Positions 1 through 12,134 of a stretch of DNA of 64,000 bases are shown here, in pieces. Below the pieces are notes generated by a model, which worked only from the letters and a program-made list of their open reading frames with translations, was not told where the DNA came from and ran no database searches. Origin of the DNA: Stegostoma tigrinum (taxonomy: Eukaryota); NCBI RefSeq assembly GCF_030684315.1, contig NC_081357.1, positions 95,038,930 through 95,102,929 of the forward strand, written 5' to 3'. Positions within the stretch are counted from its first letter, which is position 1. Each line of letters begins with the position of its first letter. Made by a program: the position numbers and the translations under genes.

Positions 1-129
1 GATTTTGTATAGCATAATGTAACAGATCGGTGACTTCACAGCTACCACACCCACCCCTAGATAGCAGCAACTACAAAAATCACTGAATTTTATATCTGGT
101 TGGAAAGGGAGAAGCCTGGGGCTGAATAT

Positions 130-1765
130 TACCTTAAATTTAAATAAGGTCAACTACGTGGACATGAAATCTAAGCTAGTTAAAGTGAACTGGCATATTA
201 AACTAAGGGACAGGTCAAAAGAAGCACAGCAACAGCCATGCAAGGAATTGTTTCAGAATAATGAGAATACGTATATCCCTACTCTGAAGGACAGTTCTAA
301 AGGAAGGACTCCACTATTTGTTAACTAAAGAACTTAAGAAAAAAAAACAAACAATCAAACTGAATGAAAAAGCATAACTGCACAAAGGTGAGTAGCAGCT
401 CAAATGAATAGCCTGAATATTAAGAATTGCTGCGAATGACTACTCAGGAGAAGGAAAAAGAAAAAGAGAGAAAGCTAGCTAGGAATTTGAAAACAGACAG
501 CAAGAATTTCCACAGGTACATATAATGAAAAAGACAAAAAGTCAGCGTTGGTCCTCTCGCAAATGAGAATGGGGAACTAATACTAGACAATAAAAGGAAA
601 TTATGGTTGTATTGAACAAATATATTGCTTCTGTCTTCACAATGCAAAAACATACAAAAACATTCCATTAATATCTGCAAGTCAGAGGGTGGAAGAGATA
701 GAAACTTAAATGAAATTATAATCACTTGGGAGGTAGTACTAATCAAACTGATGGTGCTATGGGCTGACAAGTCTTAAAGTGCAAAAGAGCTTCTTCCTAG
801 GGTCTTAAAAGAAAAGGCCAAAGGCCATTCTGTTGATGTTTATTTTCCAAAACTTGCTAGATGAAGGAAAGGTTCAAACAGATTGTAAAATAACAAATAC
901 TACCCATCTACTCAGGATGGCAGGGAGATGGGAAACTGGAAGCAATAAACCAAAGATGTTGAAATTGATGCTGAGTATTTAGAAAATCTCAGGCAATCAG
1001 GAAATGTCAGCATGGCATCGTGAAAGGAAAATCATGTTTAACTAATTTGTTGGAGATGTTTGAAGGAGTAAATTGCATTGTGGATAAATGGAGCCTGTAA
1101 GTACAATATACATGAATTCCCAGAAGGCATTTAATAATAAGGCATAACATCAAATGTCATTGCATAAAATAAAAAAGCATGTGGCGTAGAGGGTAACATA
1201 TTAGCATGGGTGGGAAATTGGGTGGCTGGCAGAAATTAGGGGGAAGTGTGAATGGGTCTGATTGGCCGGGTGTAACAAGTGAAGTCCCATGGGGATATGG
1301 GATAGGGCCTCAACATTTCATCATTTACACTGATGTCTTAGATAAAGGAAGTGAAGGCATGGTAGCTAAATTTGCAGATGACACAAAGATTAGCAGGAAT
1401 ATATATTGTGATGACGACACCAGAGAGTGTGCAGACAGATGAAGATAGTTGAGTGAGTGGATTAAAAGTCTGGCAGGTGGAGTATAATGTGGGAAAATTT
1501 GAATTTGTTCACTTAGAAAGGAAGAATGAAAGAAGTTGAGTATTACATTACCAGAGAACTTCAGAATTGGGAGGTGGAGGAATCTAAGCATTCTTGTTCA
1601 TTAGTAAACAGGTGTAATCAAGGACACTAATGGAAATGCTAAAATTCTTTGAGAGGAATTGATGCAAAGGTAAGGATACTATGCTTCAGCTATACAGAGT
1701 GTTGATGAGACTACATTTGGAATACTGAGTGCAGTTTTGGTCTCCTTATTTGAAGTAGAATGATC
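130..1765 (+). mobile_element. Old degenerate CR1 LINE ORF2 fragment
   Basis: RT remnants (GVTSEVPWG...KFADDTK in ORF 1206-1442) with many stops. Confidence 0.8.
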
Positions 1766-2599
1766 CCTCCCACAATTGGAAAAGTAATCTAAAAATCGTT
1801 TTAGCCCTTTTGGAAACATGAATAAAGCAACATATCAGTCACTCTTCTGATGGACAATACTTAGAGAAAGGTGTTTCTGAAATCCACAGTCGCTGCCTCT
1901 AAAACCTTGCGTTTCATCAGCTATAGCACTTATAACATTCTGTTAGTTATGTGCTTAGCTTCACAAAAAGGACAGTCCCATTTTTGTTCCTAAGAAAAAT
2001 ATTATACAGTAATATCTTGTATGAAGATTAGCATCTTAAAAAAATTGTAGCTCTTTTAAGTATATTAGTCTAAATGTTTTCAGTAGAGTGAGTCTACAGT
2101 AGCTCTAAATCAACAATGCTACTTATGGAGTGTTATTTTCACCCTAAATAATCCTTCAGATATAACATTATCTGTATAAGAAACCAAACAATTGTGAAGC
2201 TCGATTGGTAAATTGATCTGTTTGTGCCCATTGTGGCTTACCATGCTCCAAGTTCCATTTCATTTCTGCTTTTTTAAAAAGATAGTCTGTTCTAGAGCAT
2301 GGGTTTCTCACAAAAGAATACAGCAGTACGAATTGCCAGCTATTTCACATGAAATACAACTCTCATTAGTTGTGATTTACTGTCAAGCCCAAAACAAGCA
2401 ATATTTTTATATTTTTCCATGTCATCTATTGGGATTGCAACTTTCTACCTCAAAGCTTTTCTCTCAGCTTCCAGCCTCATCCCTAACCCTACTGCAGGTT
2501 ACCATTCTATCACTTTACAAGCCAGACACTGAAAGCCAGAAGGTAGAACTAGAGCCATTATTCAGAGTTATGCATTATAAACCTACTGCCTGTCCCTGA

Positions 2600-3345
2600 A
2601 TCCCAGATAAATGTGACGTGCTGCATTTTGGAAAGGCAAATCAGGGTAGGATTTATACATTTAATGGTAAGATCCTGGGGAGTGTTGCTAAACAAAAAGA
2701 CCTCGGAGTGTAAGTTCACAGTTCCTTGACAATGGAGTCGCGGGTAGACAAGATAGTGAAGGTTGTGTTTGGAATGGTTGCCTTTATTGGTCAGTGCATT
2801 GAGTATAGGAGTTGGGAGGTCATGTTGCAGCTGTACAGGACAGTGGTTAGGCCACTTTTGGAATACTGCTTGCAATCTGGCCTCCTTGCTATAGAACGGA
2901 TTTTGTGAAACTCCAAAGGATTCAGAAAAGATTTGCAAGGATGTTGCCCGGTTGGAGGTTGAGCTATAGAGAGGCGCTAAATAGGCTGGGCCTATTGTCC
3001 TTGGAGCATCAGTGGCTGAGGGGTGACCTTCTGTAGTTTTATAAAATTGTGAGGTGCTTGTGGGATCCAAAAATAGACAGCATAAGTTTAAAGATTTTAA
3101 ATACAAAAGGGAAACCTTTAGGAGCAACTTATTCATGCAGAGGGTGGTACGTATGGAATGAACTGCTAGAGAAAGTGGTGGAGATTGTTACAATTACAAC
3201 ATTTAAAGGCATCTGGAAGGGTGTATGAATAGGAAGGTTTCAGAGGGATATTGGCCAAATGCGACTAGATTTATTTAGGATATCTGGTCAGAATGGACAA
3301 GTTGGACTGAAGGGTCTGTTTCCATGTTGTACGTTTCTATGACTC
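2600..3345 (+). mobile_element. CR1 LINE 3' fragment
   Basis: VMLQLYRTVVRPLLEYC motif; CR1-type 3' end ending in ctatgactcta. Confidence 0.85.
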
Positions 3346-3929
3346 TATCCAATTTTGTGAACCAGTCATGGGATTGCATCTAATGGTAGGTAGCAGTTTT
3401 GGATTTAGCAAGCTAGGGCTTGCTGACTGGTCAGTATTCAGTTTTTTTTTTAAATGCAGTAGGCAAAGGATTATAGTATTTGGCTAATTTCTGGGACCTA
3501 TGACTTATATACTGAGCTGAAATCAAATTGTGATATTGTACGGTAAGCAGAATGAATCTTTGCACTGACAGGTCATGCTTTTTTTTTTAAGAAACTCAAC
3601 ACCAGTTGCTGTGCTCAGGTCAGTTTTGAAAGAGCTGAAGCATTTTAATGACATGAGCTAGTCAATGAAGGGATAGGAGAGTGAGGGGAGTTGTTGGGTG
3701 ATTTGGTGGGGAGGGTTGGATGAAGCGTAGTTGGCTGCAGGTGCTGGTGGATGGGTGTGGAGGAGATTGATGTGGGAGCGAATGGCGAATTCCGCTTAGC
3801 GTTAAGTATTAACATTTGCCAGAAATTGACAGGGAACAAAAGTGCAAGATTTAAACAACTGTTTTAAACCTTAGGGTCAGTAGTCTTGGAAGGGGCATCC
3901 CTGCCCTGAACGTGAACTGTTTCAGTATC

Positions 3930-5250
3930 TCGGGAGTGGTGAATATACTGACCATTGTGCAAGCGGTAGTGGACATCCCCACTTCTGAATTTAAGACATA
4001 GGGAAGGGCATTGGTGAAGCAGCTGAAGGCACTAATGCCTCAAACACTACCCCAGGAGGAATATCTGCAGTGATGTCTTGTGACTGAGATGATTGTCCTC
4101 AAACAACCACAACCATCTTCCACTGTGCAAGCTATGACTCCAACCAGTAGAATGTTTGCCCCTAATTCCTATTGATTCCAGTTTTGCTAAAGCTCCTTGA
4201 CGCTACACTTGATCTCAAGTAGCCTTGATGTCAAGGGCTATTACTCTTGCCTCATCTCTGCAATTCAATTCTTTTTGTCCATGTTTGACCAAGGTTGTAA
4301 TGAGGTTGGGAGCTGAGTGAGCCCTGGCAGAACCCAAACTGGGAATCAGTGAGCAGATTATTACTGATCAATTGCCATTTGATAGAACTGCTGATTGGCA
4401 TCTTCCATCACTTTACAGATGATGCTGTAATTGGCCAGGTTGGACAAGGCTTGTTTTTCCAAGGACCAGATTTCATTGAAAAATTTTTCATTGTCTGTTA
4501 GAAGCAAGTATTGTAGTTGTACCCAGAACAGCTTAGGCAGGACTGGAGGAGACACTGATAGGGTGATGGGAGAGTTAAAATAGTATCAGAGATAATGGGA
4601 ACTGCAGATGCTGGAGAATTCCAAGATAATAAAATGTGAGGCTGGATGAACACAGCAGGCCAAGCAGCATCTCAGGAGCACAAAAGCTGACGTTTCGGGC
4701 CTAGACCCTTCATCAGAGAGGGGGATGGGAAGGGTCTAGGCCCGAAACGTCAGCTTTTGTGCTCCTGAGATGCTGCTTGGCCTGCTGTGTTCATCCAGCC
4801 TCACATTTTATTATCTTACACTGATAGGGTGATAATTGGTTAGTTGTATGTGTCTTGCTTTTTCTTTTTTCTGCTTTGACCGGACAGGTGGACAATTTTC
4901 CATATTGCAGATAAGAAGCAAGTGTTGTAGCTGTACTGGAACAGCTTGGCTATAGGCTCAACTAATTCTGGAGTACAAATAAAAACCAAATGAGCTGCAG
5001 ATTCTGGAAATCTGAAAAGGGTCATTGAACCCAAAACGTTAACTCTGATTTCTTTTTGTTTCCGGAGTACAAATCTTCACTACTACTGCCGGAACATTAT
5101 CACGGTCACAGGCTTTGCAACAATCAGTGCCTTCAGCTGTTATTTGATATCATGTGGGGTGAACTGAGTTGGCTGAATACTGGTGTCTTTGATAGAGGGA
5201 TCTCAGGATGACATTGAGATGATCATCCACTTAGCACTTTTGGCAGAATA
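3930..5250 (-). mobile_element. L2-type LINE RT fragments, interrupted by a palindromic element
   Basis: Similar to the 8265-10065 element (e.g. cccacttctga..., gccttgatgtcaagggc). Confidence 0.65.
4589..4817. mobile_element. Young palindromic Penelope-derived non-autonomous element with hammerhead core
   Basis: Perfect 89-bp inverted arms 4623-4711/4729-4817; 16-bp direct repeat ACACTGATAGGGTGAT at 4552-4567 and 4818-4833. Confidence 0.85.
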
Positions 5251-6248
5251 TGTATATTTTAATTGTGTTTAATCAAGCCTTGATAGATTCCATTTAAATA
5301 GATATCAATAGAATGAAATTGGTTGTTGGGTTAGGAATTTTTTGCTTGTAACGTGTAACCCCAAAATGAAATATAAAATGTAGAAAGATTGGCTCCACTA
5401 TTTTCTTTACCACTTAGCTTTCCGAATGAAAACAAACATTCCCAGCTCCCAACCCCATAGTCCCATGTCCTTTAAGAGAAAGGCAGTAGTGAAATCTACT
5501 AAAAGTGAGACAATTTAGAAACTGCAGCAGCACTGGTGATGCAGGAAGAAACAATAACTGCTGTGAAGAAAGAAAGAGTGGAAGAATAGCATTTCCATTT
5601 CTAATTCAGTCAGTCACTTTGGATAGTGGTCAGAGGATTATGAAGAAGCTGGAGAAGAGGTACAGAGTGGATTTTAGATCAGTGAACCTTACAAGTTGAC
5701 AGGGGATGGTGGGGTGGGGAGGAATGTGGCCGAGTTAAAGGTGGGGCAACACCACATTTTATGCAAAATCCTTGAGTAAACGCAGGGGTTACCAAAACCA
5801 TGAACAGACTTTCACAGTCAGATGGTTCAAAAACAATAAAATCATAGCTGTTTAAAAAAATATTAACGGAGAACACAATAGTGCAGATGATAGAAATAAA
5901 AGCAAATAAAAACAATAGAAAATACTGGTCAGGAGACAGCGAGAGCGAGAAACACATTCAGCATTTCAGGTCCATGACCCTTTTTCTATCTTAATGGGGA
6001 GAAATTGGGCTGGCTGATGTCATACTGACAGTTCTGAGTCAAAACATCAACGGAGAGGTTTTCCCCAAGTGGGATGTTCCTGAAAGATAAATGGTAGCTA
6101 ACTGAACACCAAAATAAACTTGTATTATTGCAGATGCTAGGAATAGGAAATAAACGATAAAGATAGAATTAGGTTCTAACATCATGCAATTCTCCAAGCC
6201 CTCATTTAAAACCATCTTGCCAGCTTGGCACCATATTCAGTTCTGCTA

Positions 6249-6515
<267 letters not shown>

Positions 6516-7189
6516 CTAGCAGAGGTCTATAAAATTATGAAGAAGATGATGTTGGAGAAAGTAAGCAAGGGACGATGTTTCCACTTGCAAGGTGAGCAAA
6601 ACTAGGGTCCAATTAAATACATGATGGGCGCTAATAATGCCAATTGGAAATTCAGGAATATACTCCTTATTCAGAAAGGAGGATAGAACATGGAACTGGC
6701 TATTACAGGGAGGAAGTTAGCAAAATTGCAGGAATTTCACAAAAGGAATTGCTGATAATGGTTAGCTTAGGTAAGGGGAGGAAGCCTGGAATGGAATATT
6801 GACACTGGCAAGGATTTATTAGGCAGTGATTTGTTTCAGGATTGTAAGTCTGATGTCAGAATGTCCTAAATGACTTCAGAATTAGCAGTAGTAAGTTTAC
6901 ACTAGATTACAGAAAAAGGCAGAGAAGAATATTGTATTCAGAAAACTGCGATTTAAAAATATGCATGATAGGACTAATATCTCCAGGTTGCTAAAGAATA
7001 CAAATGTTTATTTAAAAAACACAGCTGTTGTAATAATTTCTAAAGGAAGCATACTTACCGGCACCTTTCCAGATCTCTCTGGAATGTGGAGATAATGCAG
7101 AAAACTTTTGGTGAAGTAGAAGATGCGCCATTTCTCATTGAATGGCAGAGCCGGCTCAAAGGGCTGAGTGGGCTATTCCTGCTCCTATT

Positions 7190-10100
7190 TTTCTAGAGCA
7201 CGTGTTATTTTAGATCTAGTATTATGTAAAGAGCCATATAGTCATTTTGTTGTAAAAGAACCTGTAAGAATGAGTGACCACAAGATAGAACTTTGCGTTA
7301 CATTCAAAAATACGGTAACTCATTCTGAGGCAAGGGTGTTAAATTTGAACAAGGTAAATTATGAAACCATGAGGCCCAAGTTTGGCTGAGATTGACTGGC
7401 AAGGTAGAATAAAAAGCATGATCGTACATAATCAATGGATAGTCTTTACAGAGCTACTACATTATTTCTGACAACTATGTATTTCCTCAAGGTGCAAAAA
7501 CCTCAATAAAGGTCAGTAACAACAGCTAATTAAAGTAGTTTAGGATTGTAGAAGACTGAAAGAACAACACAAAAAACTGTCAGATACAGCAGTAATTCTG
7601 AAGCTTGGGATGTTCATCAAAATGACAAAGGGCAACCAAAAAAAAAATTGATACGGAAAAGGGAGAATAAGATATGGATGCAACCCAGCAAACAAAAACA
7701 AAACCACAGGTTTCTGTACATATGTTTAAAAAAAGTTAGGCTAAAATCCGTGGGTCTATTAAAGGCAGTAATGAAAATTTACAATGGGGCCTATAGAAAT
7801 GGTAGAGAAGCTAAATGATGGCTTTGATTTCATTGAGCAAGATACCAGAAAGCTCCCAGAACTAGAAATGCAAATGGTTTGGCAGTCTGAGGTGTTAAAG
7901 GATACTTGTATTAATAAGAAGATTGTATTGGAGAAATTAATGGGACTGAAGGTTGAGAAATCCTAAAAATCTGATGGCCTACATCTCAGAGTGCTGAAAG
8001 AGATGGCTGTAGAGATAGTCAAACCACCTGTGGATTACTTATCTATAGACATACGTTCTACAGAATTCCATAGATTCTGTAATGATTTCTACAGGTTGGA
8101 AGGTAGAAACGTAAAAACACTGTTTAAGAAAACAGAGAAAACAATGAAATTCAGACTGTCAGCCTTATATCGGCAATAAGGAAAATGCTAGGATCTATTA
8201 CAAAGGATGGGATATATAGGCACCTGGTTGATAATGATCTGATTGGATATAGCCAGCGAGGATTTTTTTAATTCGCTCGAGACAGAGATCACTAGCTGGG
8301 CCAGCAACTATTGCCCATATCTCTTTGCCTTTCAGAAGGTGATGGTGATCTGCCACCTTGAACTACTGCAGTCCGCACACTGAGTTGGCCCATAATGTCC
8401 TTAAAGGAGGGAATTCCAGCATTGACACTTCTAAAGGAACAGCAGTATATTTCCAAGTTAGGGCGGTGAGTGGCTTGGAGAGGAACTTCCAAGTGGTAAT
8501 GTTCCCATGCATCTGCTACCCTTGTCATTCTAGATTGAAGTGGTCATGGGTTTGGAAGGTGCTGTCTAAGGATCTTTGGTGAATTTCTGCAGTGCATCTT
8601 ACAGCAAGTACACACTGCTGCTATTGAACTTTGGTGGTGGAGAGAGCAGATGTGCTGCCAATTGAGCCCACTTTGTCCTGGTTCATGTCAAGCTTCTTGA
8701 GTGTTGTTGGAGCTGTACTCGTTCAGGCAAATGGGGAGTCTTCCATCACACTCCTGACTTGTGCCTTGTGCATGGTGGATAAGCTTTGGGGAGTCAGGCG
8801 GTGGGTGAGTTATTTGCCGCAGTATTCCTAGCCTCTGACCTGCTCTTGTAGCCACTGTTAAGTGAGGAGTCCTGTTGAGCGTCTGGTCAATGGTAATGAC
8901 AAGGATGTTATTAGTGGGGGATTCAGTGATGGTAACACCACTGAACATCAAGGGGCGATGATTAGTTTGTCCCTCATTGGAAATGCTCAGTCTGGCATTT
9001 GCATGGCACAAATGTGATTTGCCGCTGGTCAGCATAAGCCTGGATACTGTTAGTACCTTGTTGTATGTGAACACGGACTGCTTCAGCATCCAAGTTATTT
9101 CAAAATGGTGCTGAACATTGCGCAATCAGTAAACATCCCCACTTCTGACCTTATGATGGCGGGAAGGTCACTGATGAAGCAGCGAAAAATTGTTGGGCCT
9201 AGGATACTACCCTGAGGAACTCCTGCAAAGATGTCCTGAAGCTGAGATGACTGACCAACAACCACAGCCATTTTCCTTTGAAGCAACTGGTAGGGATTTT
9301 GCCTGATACCTACTGATTCTAGTTTTACTCGGACTCCTTGATGCCACACATAGTCAAATGCAATCTTCATGTCAAGAGGTGTCACTCTCAACACACATCT
9401 GGAATTCAGCTCTTTTGTCCATGTCTGACCCAAGACTGTAATGAGGTCAGGAAGTGAGTGGCCCTGGTGGAACTTAAATTGGGTATCACTTGATCAGGTG
9501 CTGCTTGAAAACACCATTGATGATACCTTCCATCACTTTACTAGTGATAGCGAGCAGATTGATGCGGCAGTAATTGATGGGTTGGATTTGTCCTACTTTG
9601 AGTGTACAGGACACACCTGGGTAATTTTCCACACTGTCAGGTTGATGCCAACGTTATAACTGCACTGGTGCAGCATAGCTAAGGGAGCGGCAAGTTCTGG
9701 AGCACAAGTCTTTTGTACTATTGCCGAATGTTATCACAGGCCACAGTCTTTACACTATCAGTACCTCCAGCCATTTCTTGGAACCACATGGAGTGAATCG
9801 AACTGACAGAAGACTGGCATCTGAAATACTGTGGGCCAGTATAGGAGGCTGAGATGGATCATCCACTTGGCACTTCTGACTGAAAATTGCTGTGAATATT
9901 TCAGCCTCATCTTTTGCATTTATGTGCTGGGCTCTTCCATCATCAAGGATGGGGATATCTGTGGAGCTCGAGAGGTGGATATGGCTGGCCATGAGGTTGC
10001 AGATTGTGCTGGAGTACAATTCTGCTGCTGTTAATGGCCCACAGTGCCTTGTGGATGCCCAGAGTCATGAATACAAAATTGTATTTGTTGAACTTGGAGA

Positions 10101-11100
10101 TATTTTGAAGATGTTACTAACAAAATTGATAAAGGAGAGCCAATGGACATAGGATACTCAAGGCGGCTTTTGATACAGTTCCCTACAGGTGCTGGTTAGA
10201 CATAAAAAGGACATGGGATAGTGGGTAATGTGTCAGCGTGGATTAATAATTGGCTAAAACAGCGTCAGGAGGAATTGATGGGCAAGAACATGGTAGAGGG
10301 AAAAGACGAGGTTATTCGTTATTTGTTGGAAAGCACGGATGTGCAGAGTACTTCTTAAGTGGCAAGAGTTTGGAAAGTGTAGTCGTACAAAGGGACCTGG
10401 GACTCCTTGTCAACATATATCTTTGAGGGTTAACGTGGGTGCATCAAGCTATTTGGAAAGGTAATGGAATACTAGCATTTATCAAAAAAGATGAGTGTAC
10501 AGGAGTACTGAAGTCTTGGTTCAATTTCATAGGGTACTTCAGGTGTGATCTAAACAAGCCCCTATACAGTTTTTGTCTCCTTATCTCACGAAAGATACAA
10601 CTGCCACAGAGTGAGTGCAACAAGCTTCACCAGACTTATTCAGAGGATGGCAGGACTGTCCTATGGAGAAAGACTGGGCAAAGCAGAATATGTTCAAGTT
10701 TTGAGGAAAGAGAGATGATCCCATTGAAATCTATGAAATCCTTAAAAGGGATAGACAGAGTAAAGGTACAATGTTTCCTCCGGTTGAAGAGCCTAGAACC
10801 AGGAGGCACAATTTAAAAATTACAGGGTTGCCTCTTGGGCCTGAGATGAGGAGAATTTTTTTTTTGTTTAGAAACATGGAGGGTTATGAATCTTTGGAAT
10901 TCACTACAACAGAGGACAGTGGATGGGCATTCTTTCGGTTTAAGATAGAGAATGATTCATTTCTGACTGCCATTGGTATACAGGGTTATTGGGTTGTGGT
11001 GACGAAACAGCATGGAAAATGTGCAGTCAGCTAGGATTGTATTGAATGGTGAGTCAGACTCAACAGGCTGAAATGATGTACTCTTGTCTTTATGTTTCAA
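7190..11100 (+). mobile_element. Old CR1 LINE split by a nested L2-type LINE
   Basis: CR1 ORF2 remnants on both sides (LDLVLC..., KLMGLKVEKS; later RTRRHNLKI and a CR1 3' end near 11090). Confidence 0.7.
8265..10065 (-). mobile_element. L2-type LINE 3' part (RT)
   Basis: LDMKIAFDYVWHQG...GVPQGSILGPTIF RT motifs in ORF 9095-9433; its 3' tail resembles the SINE tail at ~40150. Confidence 0.8.
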
Positions 11101-11161
11101 CATTCTTAGGTTCCTACATTCTTGTGAAACAAACCAACACATTACTTTCTGGGATGCATAC

Positions 11162-11333
11162 CTGCTGCTTGTTTGGGTGTTAAAGCTGTTGCCATGACAG
11201 TGCCGAGTAATTTTGACACCGTAACTCTGACCCCATAATTAGATCCTTCCAGGGCTTTAAAGCAAAGAGTAGCTAGGTTTTCCAGTTCTGTGGTCCACAT
11301 GAAGACTGACTCCTTTTGTAGTTCCAGGAGACA
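11162..11333 (-). CDS. HEATR5B: HEATR5B coding exon 5 ([57 protein letters not shown])
   Basis: Translated by hand (absent from the ORF track); tcctag| acceptor, G|gtatgc donor, 172 nt. Confidence 0.95.
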
Positions 11334-11984
11334 CTAGGAGACAAAAGACATTCTCAAGAGTACACATGCTCTTAGAAACACATTCAATAAAAATTCGCAG
11401 CCTTCCTTCTTTCCACCTCACAGCCATGGCCCACAGCATGATAGCACTCTCATATCTCAAGTCAGAAAGCTGTGGATTTAAGTTCCAATCCAGCCCGATA
11501 TTCTTGCTGCAACATCTTTCATTCACATTCCATAGCTATAAACCAGAAGACTGGAATCAATCATGGTACATGTTTATTTATATTGAAATATTCTACCCCT
11601 TACCAGAAAAGATGGCCAAGCAATCTTTACTTTAAAGACGACACAATTGATTGTCAGTAATCTAATGGCCAGCCTTTCTCCACTGGTCATATTTATGCCC
11701 AAATCAGAATTGGGAATTCATCTCACACAATCCCAGAACAGTACGGAAGGAGTACACTTTATAGTAGACGTAAAAGATCCAATGTCAAATAACAATTCAG
11801 CGTTCGTCTAGTGCCCAATGAATATTCTGCTTTCAACCAACAGTCAACACTGATTAACTGTTAAAGAGACTAACCTGCATGCAAGTCAGCTGTCGTTCTT
11901 CCTTTTACAACGATACTGCACCTGGAGCACCTTGAGAGTTTTTAAAAATCTGATAAGCGTACAAGTCAGAAACATATCCCTTAC

Positions 11985-12134
11985 CTTACCAACTGCACAC
12001 CGAACAGCCATGGATCTGTCAGTCAAACCTGAGCGGGCATTTTTGTAGATATCTCGGTGGCAGGAAGCAGCTGCACCACCCAAACCATTGAGGACCTTCT
12101 GTAGGCTCAGCAGGATCTCACTGCGACCCTGTGA
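11985..12134 (-). CDS. HEATR5B: HEATR5B coding exon 4 ([15 protein letters not shown]...MAVRCAVGK)
   Basis: cag|TCA acceptor, AAG|gtaagg donor, 150 nt in frame. Confidence 0.95.

Noticed and set aside
7051-7062. ATACTTACC resembling the U1 snRNA 5' end
   Set aside because: The downstream sequence does not continue as U1; it is just the complement of a consensus donor site.
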